Shown one piece after another: positions 46,226 through 60,000 of a DNA stretch of 60,000 bases; position 1 is the first letter of the stretch; each line of letters begins with the position of its first letter. A program made the translations under genes and the position numbers. The notes beneath the pieces are model-generated. The model was not told where the DNA came from, did not search any database, and saw only the letters and a program-made list of their open reading frames with translations. The stretch lies in assembly GCA_038087875.1 (NCBI GenBank), contig CM075989.1, positions 13,208,001-13,268,000 on the forward strand. Direction: 5' to 3'. The DNA is from Malacoraja senta (taxonomy: Eukaryota).

Positions 46226-49200
46226 TTAGATTATATTATAACAGAGAACATAAGAACAGACCCTTTAACGATGTCTGTGCTGAACATATTGTCAAGACCG
46301 ACCCTCATCTGCCTGCACATAATCGATATCTCTCCATATCCAATATATCCATATGTTTATCCAAATGTTTCTTAAATGCCACTACTGTATCTGCCTCAAC
46401 CACCACCATCAACACTGCCACCACCCCTGGCAGTGCATTTCAGGTGCTCATCATCCTCTGTGTAAAAAAAAAATGTGCCTTGCACATCTCTAATATTTGC
46501 CCTTCTCATCATAAAGCTATCCACTCTGGTATTTGATTTTTTCCATCCTACGCAAAAGGTCTTTCTTCCCAATCTACGCCTCATAATTTTGTAATAATTT
46601 GCAAATCTCTAATCCTGTAGTCTGGGAAAATAGTAAGTTACCATCGCTCTGCTTTCTGCCCTTAAGGTAATTTTCTATCCAGTCTGCAATTTATTGGCCT
46701 CTCTGTGATAATATAACAGTCGGCCAGTTTATTCCACATGCCTCAAATTTGCTGGTATGTATTTATAACACTTTGGTTAGGTTCCATTTATGTGCGGTTC
46801 TGGTCACACATTCCCTGGGGCATGCAGACAGGAATGGTGGTGGAAGCAGATAATGGCGTTTGGGAGACTTAGATTGTCACATGGAGATGCAGGGAATTTG
46901 AGGATATAGGCAGAAGAGATTCGTTTAGCAGCATGTTCAACGCACATTGTAGGCTGCAGGGCCGGTTCCTGTGTTGTAATACTCTATGTTTTAACATGCC
47001 TCCAGATTCAGAGATAGTTTCTTCCCAGCTGTTATCAGGCAACTAATACATCTTGTTACCAGCTGGAGTGCAATCCTGGCCTCTTTAACGGACTTTATCT
47101 TTCACTAAATGTTATGCCCTTTATCCTGTATCTGCACACTGGACGGCTTGATTGTGATCACGTATAGTCTTTTCATTGATGGATAGCAATCAACAAAAAG
47201 CTTTTCACTGCACAAATGTGTTGTATAGATTACCTTTTTTGCATTGTCTTCTTAAATTTATATTAGCAAAATAATCCAATCAGATTAATCAAACAAGATT
47301 TTAATTTAACAAATCCATGCTTGCTGATCTTATTTAACTTGCTTCCCCAAGTGCCTGATAACCTTTTCGTTATTTTTGTATCGATAAGCTTTCCCGCAAC
47401 TGACTGACCAGCCAGTAATTGTTGAGTACGTACTCGTGCTTTTTACTTTCCTGGTCCCTGGTATTCAGTTGCATCTAGGGACTAATTGTTTTAACCTTTT
47501 CTGCAACCCATCTCCTCCTCAATGAAGTATGCACTTCACCTGGGCCAGACTTGAAACATAGTTGCAATCATCCAATTTTGGAGAGCTTAAAATAAGAGAG
47601 ATTGAAGAACAGATATGTAGACGTATTATGGAAAGATGTAAAAGCGACAGAGTTGTCATAGCAAGTGTCTAACTTCCACAACATAGACTGGAACTTCTTA
47701 ATGCAAGAGGCTTAGACAGGGCAGAATTTGGGATGTGCATCCAAAAGGGTTTCTTGAAACTATATGTGGACAGTTCAACAATGAGTCTGGCATTGAGCAG
47801 AGCCAAACTGGAGCCAGCGCCCCACCCCCCGCGCCGACTGCAAGTCCAGGGCCATCCTGGACACCTCCGGCCACCCCCAGTCAGGGACGGGACACCCGGG
47901 ATGGGATGGGGCCGGCCCAGCAGCAACTCAACAGCACCCGCAGCGCCGGATATCCAGGCCCGACCCCAACCACGGATGAAACGCAAGCCTGCACACAATG
48001 CAGCACCACAGTGGCCGAGAATGTTTATAGCGAGTGACCTATGACATGGGCATGCGCAGTCGGAATACCGAACTCGATTTTTGCCATTACAGGTTGCCAT
48101 TATCACATGTGAGCAGGAGCTTTGGAATGTTCTGAATATAACCAAATGGGGACCAACCAGGTCAGGAGAGTAGTGACGTAGCGACTGGAGGTAATAAAGA
48201 TTAGGGTGAGGGAATCACTAGATTCTGGATGAAGATAGAATATTAGTGGTAAAATGTCTTTGTGATGGAAAAGGTAATAATAACCTTTGGGTATTTGCTG
48301 GAGCCCCATTCAAAATGCTAACATTTTGTGTTGCTTCTTTGGTATTTTAAATTACAAATTTGTTTTTAATACTACTTTTCCCCTGAGTTTTTTCAGAGAG
48401 AAAGTCATGAGATATCTTCCCTTATTACTGCTTTCAATTTGCAAAGTCTACTTTTAGCAATGGTTGCAGAACTTGGTGTATGTAGCAGCTAACAAGTATA
48501 AAGACTTGTGACTTACTGTCCAATAACAACACACACTGAAGCATGACAACAACTGAGAAACTCTTCCTGTCGTCTGGTTTAGTGTCTTACCAAGGTCTAC
48601 TTTATAATTACTCTCCATAGTCTGGTATTAAATTGGGCTGTAAAGCTTGCACATCAGTGTGAGTGAATTACTAATGTTGTGTGATCACACACGTGGAAAA
48701 CCCTGTCACCAAAGATTTTTGCATACTTGTTCTAGATCACTTTGTCCTTTCTACCCAGTCAGATCTTTAATATGTTGGCTGTTTGTGTAATTTTACATTG
48801 CTGGCTATGGTTTGTAGCTCAACATTTCATCGCGCTACAAATGAATAAATTTCAAAGCTGTACTATATGAAAGGGTGTATGAATTTGCTCTTTTCCAAGT
48901 TCTTGCTAAAATAGCTAGGTTACGTATATATGTCCCTTTGTTGATGATAGGTTCCCTCACATTTTAAATTATTGTTTATAAAGTCTTTCTATGGGGCAGA
49001 GTTAACAATTTTGTTATTTTGATTTGTAATTGTAGAGCAGTTTGACATGATTGTGGCACATTAGGGATGATTATAATTTTCTCAGCCCAATGATTCATTT
49101 TTGGAGGCAGACTTGTATATTTTATTTTATTTAGGGAGATGGGCTATTGAGGATTTGTGTATCCCTGAGAGCTGATGCATCCTATTTCAGGATAGACATT

Positions 49201-49801
49201 AAGCGCATGACATCTGAAGAGCTGTGCATCATCCCTGCTTTTCTGCCGACTAGTCTAAGTTGATTATTCTTATGGCTATTCTTAATGAGAAAATTGCAGA
49301 TTTTGATCTTTAAAAAAAAAGTTTAATAATTCAGCTTTAATGAGAACTGACGACTTTTTCTGGAGGAATAAGTCAATGAAGACCCTGAACTGGAATAATT
49401 TAAGCTTTATTGCTATAATCAGATGACCATGATTGTAAGTAAATACAATCTAAACTGATATATTTCATTTTATAAATAGTTTGAACTCTAAATTTATATT
49501 CCAGTTATGTATTTAATTTAGTTCTTAATGTATCTGGTATTTAAACTTTGCTTGACTTGAGTCATTGACTGAAATGCTGTGATTTACTTAAAGTTAAACA
49601 TATTTACAGTAGGTAGCTATTTGTGGAAATGTTTTATAAATTTTAAAATTCAAACTGCTTCAAAGTAACAAAGTTGGTAGGTACGTAATGTTTACATTGT
49701 TATTTTTAAATGTAATAATAATAATTGATTAATTTGATTGTTCTTAACTGTTGTGCTTTATTTATTCCATTTATACTTATTTATTTTTTCCCTATCTGCA
49801 G

Positions 49802-49834
49802 TTCCAGTTCCCTTTGCAGACTGATCTCGAAGAG
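49802..49834 (+). CDS. TRPM7: 33-nt microexon FQFPLQTDLEE (probable alternative N-terminal exon of TRPM7)
   Basis: Long U-rich tract with ctgcag acceptor, GAG|gtatgg donor, phase 0/0 compatible with ATG|; lies in a repeat-poor region. Confidence 0.55.
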
Positions 49835-52398
49835 GTATGGTCAAACTGATGTCTCTACAATCTGATGTGTTCATATTCTTGAAGGCATCCCTGTTTCATT
49901 TTACAATCAGTTAGTTGTTACAACCAGTTGTAGAGCAGTTTTAGTAGTATGCAGTTTTTGTGGCTGATTCAAGGTGCTGCAGGAGATTTAACTGTTTTGA
50001 TGCAAATTTGTTGCATCACATTGATGGTTATCTGCTGTCAAATCAAATGACCATTTTTGGATGGTGGTGCTTTTTTAAACTAAAATTTGACCGCTTTTAG
50101 TGCATTCTTCTGTTTTGGATATTTAATGTTGTTTTAAATTATTTTGCATTATGGTTTCGACAAATTAGTCTGGGTTCTATGTCTCCTTTTGCAGTAGTGA
50201 CCATTAAAAAAAAGAAAAGAGTCTTGTGTTTGAGGTATTAGCATTAAATTGAAGAGATTTGCTGTTAACTATGAAACTTTTTGGGGAAACTGGAGGTAAA
50301 GATAAATTACTAGCACCATTTGTGGTATGGGGAAGATGCCTGCCTAGCTGATCGTCAGCAACTCCTGATGGTTATTGGTTAAATTTCTGCCAACAGGGAA
50401 CGGAACCTGCATGTAGAATGAAGTGAAGCAGGAAATTAATTGAAACTGGTTTAAATAGTGTTAAACTCTGTTAATTACAGTTAAAATGAATACACCCTTT
50501 TATAATGAGAGGGTTTTAAATTCTTGTTGCCACTAGTCATTCAGATGGCTCCACATGTTGGAAATGTCATCTTGTGAAACTGTATGGTTAGCTTTGAAGA
50601 GATTTTTTCATCTGTCTAATATAGGTGTGATTGTCCTTTGCATAAATAACATACATTAAAAGGGGAGACTTCCTCTTTGGATGGGATGCATATTTTAACA
50701 AATTAGAGGCTAAATATTTTAACATAATGTGCTTGTCCTTAGTTTGGCATTATTTGGCCAATCATTTGGGTACAGTTAACACTTGAGAGCTTGAAGGAGG
50801 TATATCTATTGCAAATTTAATTACAGAAAGAGAATTCCTGAGAATTATTCATAATCTGAACAGCTTGTTATTTGGAAATATAGCTGTCCGGCAATATATT
50901 CAGACAAAAACATAGGTCAACCAAGGACAATGTGTATTTAAACCAGGGAGTTTAACACAACCATTCAGATATTGTCATGAACAGAATTTCCACAAAGTAG
51001 AAGATGTGTGCAACCCTGCAGCACCTGGCAATTCAAACCCGCAGGTCTCCCAAATGCTTATCCATATGTGCGGGTTGTATGTAAATTGAACATTTGTAAC
51101 TGTACATTTACATTTGAATATTATTGCACTTGTATAACCTGACTAGACTAATCTTTGAAACTGTCGTATTTTGACAGTCCCTTGATGTTTAAGAATGATC
51201 CTTTGCTCCCCCCACCTCCCTCAATCAGGATTATTTTGTAGGTTCTGGGATGGCTGAAGAGGCTGAAGTTGCTGAGTTCAATAGAACTTAGAAATGTACG
51301 TGACCAAGTGGGACGGGCGGGCTTGGAATGTTGATCTTGTGGAAATGCTACTTCCTCTCTACTATGTGCTTGCTTCACAGGCTTGTGGTTTGTTTAGGTC
51401 AGCCCTGGGCATGTCTCTCATGAATACATGTTAATGTGTTCAGGTTTTTTTTTTTTGCTAACTCGGCCCTTAATTGAATTTGGACAGAATGGTGTGTTTT
51501 AAAAATAGGAAGCTAAAAAATAGAAGTGGGGGTAGACCATACATTCCCTTGAGACAATTCTATTTTCATTAGGATTATAGCTGAGCTATTCCTCCTAAAC
51601 CTTTAAATCAAAATTCCATATTTTTCCACATAAGCCAAAAAACAACTGTTGATCTTGATCTTGAATATACTGTCTGACAAACCACACTTTTGGGATAGAG
51701 AATTCCAAAGATTACAAAGTTCTTTGAGGAATCTTCCCCCTCACCTACCATGCCTTATTTTGAAACCAAGCCCTTGGGTTTTGATTCTTCAGCCAGGACA
51801 AACTCTGTGACTTGGGCAGCGCGGTGGTAGAGTTGCTGCCTTACAGTGCCAGAGACCCGTGTTCAATCCTGACTATGCATGCTGTCTGTGTGCAGTTTGT
51901 ATGTTTTCCCTGTGACCATTTGGGTTTTCTCTGGATGCTCAGTTTTCCTCCCACACTCCAAAGACGTACAGGTTAGTACGTTGCTTGGCTTCTGTTAATT
52001 CTGAATTCTCCCTAGTGTGTAAGATACTGCAAGTGTAAGGGGTGATCACTGGTAGGCAGGGACTCTGTGGTATGAAGGGCCTGTTTCCACGCTGTATCTC
52101 TAAAGTCTAAAGTAAAGTCTTCCTGTCAATCCATCTCAGAAACATCTGGTGAAGGATTTTCAACCAGAAACATTATTTTGGGCTTACTTTCGATTCATTT
52201 CTGCTTTCTTTCAGAACCCTGTATGCCTCTGAGTTTGAAGTTAGGCATCTGGTGACCTGGTGAAGTAATGTTGCGGTGTTTGCAGGATTAGCTCAAGGGA
52301 CAAAGCTGATGTTGGTTTATCTGGTATCTATATGTGAAAATATCTGCAGGCAGGGTTAATAATTCTCCACTGCATTAAGGTATTCCCTGAATGCTATA

Positions 52399-53568
52399 AG
52401 AAACTCAGCGAGTGAGGCAGCATCTATGGAGCGAAGGAAATAGGCAACATTTTGGGTCGAGACCCTTCTTCAGACAGATGTTTTGGGGGGGGGGGCGGCA
52501 GTGGGAAGAAGAAAGGAAGAAACGGAGACAGTGAGCTGAGGGAGAGATGAGAAGGGGAGGAGAAAGCAGGGACTACCTGAAATTAGAGAAGTCAATGTTC
52601 ATACTGCTGGGGTGTAAACTGCCCAAGCAAAATATGAGGTGCTGCTCCTCCAATTTACAGTGGTCCTCACTCTGGCCATGGAGGAGGCCCAGGACAGAAA
52701 GGCCAGATTCGGAATGGGAGGGGGGGTTGAAGTGCTGAGCCACCGGGAGATCAGGTAGGTTAATGCAAACCGATCGGAAGCGATCGCCAAGCCTACGCTC
52801 TTCTATACCCCGTAACTCTGCTCTCACTCCCCATCCCCCCCACTCGTAACAAGGGCAGTCCCCCGTGTCCTCACCTTCTATCCTACCAGCCGTCACATAC
52901 AACAAATAATCCTCCGACATTTTCACCACCTCCAACGGGATCCCACCACCGGCCATATCTTCCCATCTCCTCCCCTGTCTGCTTTCCGCAGAGACGGCTC
53001 CCTCCGTAACTCCCTGGTCAATTTGTCCCTTCCCACCCAAACCGCCCCCTCTCCTGGCACTTTCCCTTGCACCGCAGGAAATGCTACACTTGTCACTTTA
53101 CCTCCCCCCCCCCCCCCCCCGACTCCATTCAAGGACCCAAGCAGTCTTTCCAGGTGCAGCAGAGGTTCACCTGCACCTCCTCCAACCTCATCTATTGCAT
53201 CCGTTGCTCTAGGTGTCAGCTGCTTTACATCGGTGAGACCAAGCGTAGGCTTGGCGATCGCTTCACCCAACACCTCTGCTCGGTTCGCATTAACCTACCT
53301 GATCTCCCGGTGGCTCAGCACTTCAACTCCCCCTCCCATTCTGAATCCGAACTTTCTGTCCTGGGCCTCCTCCATGGCCAGAGTGCGGACCACCGTGAAT
53401 TGGAGGAGCAGCACCTCATATTTCACTTGGGCAGTTTACACCCCAGCGGTATGAACGTTGACCTCTAATTTCAGGTAGTCCCTGCTTTCTCCTCCCCTTC
53501 TCACCAGCTGAGTTTCTCCAGCATTTTTGTCTACCTTTGATTTTCCAGCATCTGCAGTTCCTTCAAAA
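52399..53568. mobile_element. Penelope-like insertion with inverted duplicated 3' ends
   Basis: GIY-YIG ORF 53067-53468(+) and an inverted copy of its 3' end at ~52400-52800(-); TSD CCCTGAATGCTATA at 52385-52398 and 53569-53582. Confidence 0.88.
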
Positions 53569-53717
53569 CCCTGAATGCTATAGCTAAAATATCGGTATAC
53601 ATTTTGTTTCTTTGCTTTCCCTCTGTTATTCATAATGCCAAGGCAAAATTATGCCTGGAAGCAGCTTTTTTCCCCTGTTTGATATTGTATTTATTAAAAG
53701 CAGATTTTTAACATTTT

Positions 53718-54605
53718 CAAGTTTGCAGATGATACAAAAATGGGTGGTATTGCAGACAGTGAAGATGGTTGTGAAAAATTGCAGCAGGATCTTGATTGGT
53801 AGGCCAGTGGGCTGAGGAATGGTTGATGGAATTTAATACAGAGAAATGTGAGGTGTTGCATTTTGAGAAGTCTAACATCGGCAGGACCAACACAGTGAAT
53901 GGCAGAGCTCTGGGGAGTGTTGTAGAGCAGATGGATTTAGGAGTGCAGGTACATAATTCCTTGAAGGTGGAGTCACAAGTAGATAGGGTGGCCAAAAAGT
54001 CTTTAGGCACATTTGTCCTTCATCAGCCAGAGTATTGAGTATAGAAGCTGGGAGGTCATGTTGCAGTTAATCAAGACGCTGGTGAGACTGCATTTACAGT
54101 CTAGTGTTCAGTTCTGGATACCATGCTGTAGGAAAGATGTCAAACTGGAAAGGGTACAACGATTTGAAGATGTTGCCAGGACTCAAGCGTTTGAGCTGTA
54201 GGGAGAGGTTGAATCGGCTGGGGCTCTATTCTTTGGAGCGCAGGAGGATGAGGGATGATCTTTTAGAGGTGTATAAAATCATGAGATAAATAGATGCACA
54301 AAGTCTCTTGCCCAGAGTAGGGGAATCGAGGGTCAGTTGACATAGGTTTAAGGTGAAGAGGAAAAGATTTAATAGGAATCTGAGGGGTAACTTTTTCACA
54401 CAAAGGATGGTGGGTGTATGGAACAAGCTGCCAGAGGAGGTAGTTGAGGCAGGGACTATCGTAAGGTTTAAGAAACAGTTAGACAGGTACATGAATAGGA
54501 CAGTTTTGGAGGGATATGGGCCAAATGCAGCAAGTGAGATTAGTGTAGCTGGGACATGTTGGCCCATGTGGGCAGGTTAGGCTGAAGGGCATGTTTCCAT
54601 GCTCA
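53718..54605 (+). mobile_element. CR1 LINE 3' fragment, degenerate
   Basis: KFADDTK, WAEEWLMEFNTEKCEVLHF and FFTQRMVGVWNKLP motifs; smaller CR1 pieces at ~2320-2645(-) and ~4595-5065(-). Confidence 0.9.
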
Positions 54606-57600
54606 TACATGACTAAATTCATGCGCTGATGTGTTAATTATTGACATATATATATATAAACTCCAATATACTAAATAATATTCATAAGAAATGATTTTCT
54701 TATGAATTTCTTATAGCCCAATTTCAAATGAGAATGTAATGTTTTTTAAGTTCATATCAATTAATTCTTTCCCTCAAAGTATTGACTTTGCTCCTAATTG
54801 ACACCTAGATTGTATTCAATTTGACATCGGTTTAGCTTTAAATAGCTTTTTGTGGACTACTTTTAAGTAATTATGACAATGGACCTGTTCTAAGCGATAG
54901 AACGCTAAATAAAGCTTCTATAAATATTTAGTTGGCTTTCTATCAGAACAATATTGTTGAGTTTAACATGCTATGCACTACTGTAATTTGGACAACTGAA
55001 GAATGGAATTGTCTAAATTTCTTGTTTCCAGATTGAACATTGTTTATGGAAAACCCTTAAACTAATGCTAATAAATAAAGTATACTTAATTGTTTGCTCT
55101 CCTCCAAATTCAGCAGTGCAAGGCAACTAGACGAAAATGGGTTGTTATGCAGTAAGAGAAAACCTAAGTACAAGAAGAAATTCTAGGCCAGTCGTTAATT
55201 TTGTTTCTTCTAGGTGGAGAAGTTTACCAAGCACATCATTCTGAACAAATAAACGGACCGTGGCTTATCTGGGCCATGAACGTATTGTGATACTACACTA
55301 AAGTTAGCTGTTAGTTTTGGTTAAATGTGTAGGTCAAATGAATCTAAAGTTCCATTTAGAAATAACAAGGTTTATCTATCAATCAGAAGATAGCGCAGTG
55401 AGATTTGACACAAATTGAAAAAAGCTGAAAGCTTGCTGTAGTTTAACAAGCAGATGAAAGATAAAGGTAGATATTGCCATTATTTTTAGTTTGAGTCAGG
55501 CTGCTAATATTGTAGAATGTTACTTTATTCTTAATTTTTTTTTTTAAGGCATTCTGCCCCTCTCCCGGCTTTCTCTCCCCATCACAATCAGTCAGAAGAA
55601 GGGTCTCGACCCGAAATGTCACCTATTCATATTTTCAAGAGATGCTGCCAGACCCGCTGAGTTACTCCAGCACTTTGTCTTTTTTTTTGTAAACCAGCAG
55701 TTGCAGTTCCTTCTTTCTCCAGCCAACTATTTTAACCTATTCTTCCTGTATCTCCCTGTGCCTTGCCTGCACATCTGCTATTTTCTCTCCCGATTATTAG
55801 GCCTGGCAGTGTGCTACAGACGCCTAACAATTTTAAGGTTTGCTGATCCATTTGGTTAATTATTTGCTTAGTGGGGAACCAGACTGCATGCAATGGAATT
55901 CGGCCTTTCATCCCAGTTTCCCAGGGATTTTTAATTTTAATTCAAAATATTATTAAACCATCTTTCAACGACCAAAAACCACCCACAGTTATTCAAAGTG
56001 ACGGGTTTCTACAATCTTTGTACAAAATATTTGCATGCTGGGCAGTTTGTTGTAGGATTATGCTTAGAAAACACAGTTGGTGAGAAGGGGTCCAGGTCAC
56101 TGAAGATAAGAGCAGACTATTTCCTTGATCAACAATCTTCTTTTGCAGCATGTATATGTTTTGGGCTTTGCTGTTGATTAATTAGCATCTTTTTTATTGC
56201 CACAAAACCTAGTTTGTCACATGCTTGTCTTTATTCAATGGAATGCAAGTGCTCATGGCTAATAGGTTTTTAATAAGTGTGTAAAAGCTACTCCAATTTG
56301 GACAACAATTCTACAAATTGGCTCGATTTACTCCAGCAGTAAGCTGTCTGGTTTCAAACTGTCCTACATGAAGATGCAAACTTGACTTTCGCAAAACTAT
56401 TTTAACTTTGTGGATCTGTCATGATCCTCTTTGGCAAGTCCGTGTGCTTTGGGTTTTGTCCATGTAAATAATGTTACATTTGAGGTTGGGTAATGATGGA
56501 AAGATGAAAAATTCTAGCCCACTGGTCTATCTGGCTGTCAAATCTAAGTAGAACTACTACTGCTGCAGAATTTTTTTTTAGAAATTCAAATTATTGAAAG
56601 AAGCATTTGCATTTAAACAAAATTACAACATTTAATATTGAATCAAGTAATCAAGTAAGTTTCAAATAATCAAAATTCAATTTAAGATTGTTTTGAATTG
56701 GGATAGGTCTGGTTGTTGGGGGAATGCACTTAATTGGGGCAAGGTTGATTACAATGTCATTAGGCATGAGGTAGGGAGGGTAGATTGGGAGCAGTTGTTA
56801 TTGGGTAAGTCCACAGCTGACACGTGGGAGTCGTTTCAAGGCCATCTGATCAAAGTACAGGATCAGCATGTCCCAGTAAGGAGGGGGTGGGGGGTGGAAT
56901 AAGCATGGCAAGGTATAGGAACTGTGGATGACCAAGAAGGTTGTAACTTAGGAAGAAAAAGGGAGCATATATCAGATTTAAGAAGTTGGAGGGGTAGAGA
57001 CCCAGATTTGATCCTGACTACGGGTGCTGTCTGTACGCAGTTTGTACATCCTCCCTGTGACCATGTGGGTTTTCTCTGGGTACTCCGGTCTCCTCCCACA
57101 TTCCAAAGTCGTGCAGGTATGTAGGTTAATTAGCTTCTGTAAAATCATCTCTGTATGTGTGGGATAGAACTATTGTGAACGGGTGATCACTGGTTGGCGT
57201 GAACTTGGTGATCCAAAGAACATGTTTCCACACTGTATCTCTAAAACAAATGGCATCAATGTTTCTTCACTCGGGAGCGATGGTCTCTTTCATTTTCATG
57301 GCAACTTATAATATGGCCGTTGGGTAAGGACAGGCAGGCCATATTATATTGTGCTTTATTGTTGAATGAACTCTTGTCATTTTGAGTAACTTGAGCTAAC
57401 TTGAGTTACTTGTGCTTGGCTGTGTTCTATTTATCATTATATCCAAACTATAAATGTTGTTAACCACCAAATGGACTAGTCTAGGTAGACAATATGCAGT
57501 TGCTAGATTTGATATATATATTGCTGGTAGATGGTTGATGTTCAAGGGCTATCCACAATTTTTCTGATTCACCTTGTAGCCAAATGAAATTTGCTTTATG

Positions 57601-60000
57601 TATGACCATATGACCAAACTAAACCATTGTTGTGGTTTTAAATAAGGGACATATTTTGTACTGCTTCGAAATGTACGTTGTCTTGCATTGGTTGAGTACT
57701 TTTATACTTGACCGAGTATTAGATTAATACCCCTTTACAGAATGATAATTTTGATTGCATTCACTGCCCATTCCTTCTCGTGCAGAGAAGGTGGTGAGAG
57801 GGCAGATTGGAATGATTCCAAGCAATTATAAATAACAAATATAAATAATATTTGCAGTATTTACTTTTATACTAAAACATGGACTTTTAAAGTGTATTTC
57901 CTGGAAATTGTAAATTAGAACAAATGTTCAAAATCATTTTATTCTTGACAAAAGGTTTCAAAGTCTAAGGATGTGGGGGTGAGGTGTAAATTTGCCAAAT
58001 CCTCATCGGTTTGTTTAGGTAAAGTTTCTTTTTAAACCTCTGAACTGAAATATGCAAGTTCTGTGATATTTATATCACAGTTTACTTTGGCTCTGATTTG
58101 TTATATCTTTCTCTATTTCGCATATAGTTTCAATGGTTTTTCACAGCTGTTCTTCCACACAATTGACCCAGAGAATACATTTTATTTTTGGTAACATGTT
58201 TTTCAATATCTGTATAAAGCCCAATGTTGTTGAGAGAAATTGACTCTGAAAAGTTCTAATAGAGAAATCACAGTGAAAATATTTGAACTCAAGGGTAATA
58301 ATTTTGAATTGGTGGTCTTTGTATACTGGATATTGACTGCATTTACATGTACCTTTTTGTCACTAATATATCAAATAATAAGAAATTGATCTTTCTAAAG
58401 AACATTTTGTCCAACTTTTGAAATAGGATTTGTTTCCGTTTTGCTTCATGGTGCACTTTTCTTTAATTAACACACAGTCATGTAACACCAAAATTGCTCT
58501 TTCAGCCTACATGTTCATTTTAACCATCAAGTACTTATTACTCCCATTTACCAGCACTTGTCTTGAAGTCTATGTTGCTTTGGCAGTTTTGTCCGTTCAA
58601 ATCTGTTGTCTTTGACTTCAGAAAAATATACTTATTAATGAAAATCAAAAAGCTGTATATGCTAGAAATGTGAAACAAAAACAGAAAATAAGGAAAATGC
58701 ACAGGTGGAAATGAGAGTCATGATTTGGCTGTCATTGGAATACCTGTCATTGGAATTGGGGGGGGGGGGGGGGGGATGGAAATGAGTGCTAAATATATTG
58801 TCATAAGTCATGTCTTTTTACCAATCCGATTGGGAATGGGAATTTGTTTCCATTCAGATTGGGAGTGGTTTATTATTGTCACTTGAACCAAGATATAGTA
58901 AAAAAAACGTTGTTCTGCGTGCAATCCAGGCATATCATACCAAATATAACTGCATCAAGGTAGTGAAAGAAGTAAAAGGAAACCAAATGCACAATATAGT
59001 GTTACAGCCACGTAAAAGTGCAGGTTTACAAAGTGCAAGGACCACCACAAGGTAGATTAGGAGATCAGGAGTGCATTCTTGGTTTAAGAGAAGTCCGATC
59101 CAGAGTCTGTGAATCATGTGGTAAGTGCTTTCAGACTTTTGTATCTTCTGCCCAATGAGATAGGGATGAAGAGAGAATGACCTGGGTATGAGTGGCACTT
59201 GATTATGTTGGCTACTTTCTTGAGGCAGTGTGAGGTGTAGATGGAATCGATGGGAGGAGGGGGAGGCTGCATTCACGACACTACAATTTCTTGCGGTTTT
59301 GGGAAGAGCACTTGCCATATCACTCTGTGATTAATTCAGATCAGGTGCTTTCTATTGTGCATTGGTAGAAGTTGATAACAGCCATTAGAGGCATACTGAA
59401 TTTCCTTAGTCTTCTCAGGAAGTAGAGGCTGTGCTTTCTTGGTGGTAGGATCAATGTGGTTGGATCAGGACAAAAACTGCTGCCGATATTTATACCTAGG
59501 ATTTACATTCTCGACAACCTCCATTTGATAGCGACTGGAACGTGTACATCATCCAGCTTTGTGAGGTTGCTTCCTGAATTTAAAACTCCTTCATTTTGCT
59601 GAATTTGAGGGAATGGTCATCTTGGAATTATGGTCCTAAGCACCCTATCTCTTTTCTGTATTCTGTTTCATTATTATTTGTGATCTGGTGCACAATTTCT
59701 TTGGGGGGGGGGGGTGGTTATGAGTCCTGGGTGCAGGAGATTGGAAATGAGTTTGATTAGAATACTTGTGTTGAAGTAAGAGTTATAGTCAATAAACAAG
59801 ACGTGGGTTAGCCAGATGTTCCAGCAATTAATGTAGGACAAAGGAAGTAGCATCTGCTGTGGACATGTTGATGCAGTAGATGAACTGCAGTGGATTAAGG
59901 CTGTCTAGAAGGCTGGAGTTGATGTGCGTCATAACCAGATCAAGGTATGGCACCAGAAAAGGGGACCATGTTGCTTACAGTAAATGTGTTTGGAATTTCC

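Noticed and set aside
55214..55290. Possible exon after a good acceptor (tttgtttcttctag)
   Set aside because: Stops in all frames within ~75 nt, no convincing donor, and no similarity to TRPM7 exon 2.
1..60000. CRISPR arrays, rRNA genes or prokaryotic operons
   Set aside because: The sequence is intron-containing vertebrate DNA; no repeat-spacer array or rRNA signature was seen.

Overview
Eukaryotic vertebrate DNA; the repeat content (V-SINE/HE1-like SINEs, CR1 LINEs, Penelope-like elements) suggests a cartilaginous fish. The window holds a complete 15-exon SPPL2A gene on the + strand (CDS 1141-23819, 528 aa, with YD, GFGD and QPALLY motifs) and two candidate alternative exons. Downstream lies a CpG-island first exon plus a 33-nt microexon, probably the start of TRPM7 (inferred from synteny and exon structure). 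The rest is mostly transposons: a near-intact Passport-like Tc1, a non-autonomous Helitron, Harbinger MITEs, a DNA transposon carrying a Spin/Ssty-like Tudor remnant, Penelope fragments, SINEs and CR1 pieces. The most striking signals are RNA-structural. First, a ~135-nt TSD-flanked retroposon occurs in two copies, and its first 54 nt fold as a complete minimal HDV-like self-cleaving ribozyme. Second, many Penelope-derived elements carry minimal hammerhead ribozymes, including a 98-bp-arm palindrome with one on each strand. All structures were derived by eye; no searches were run.
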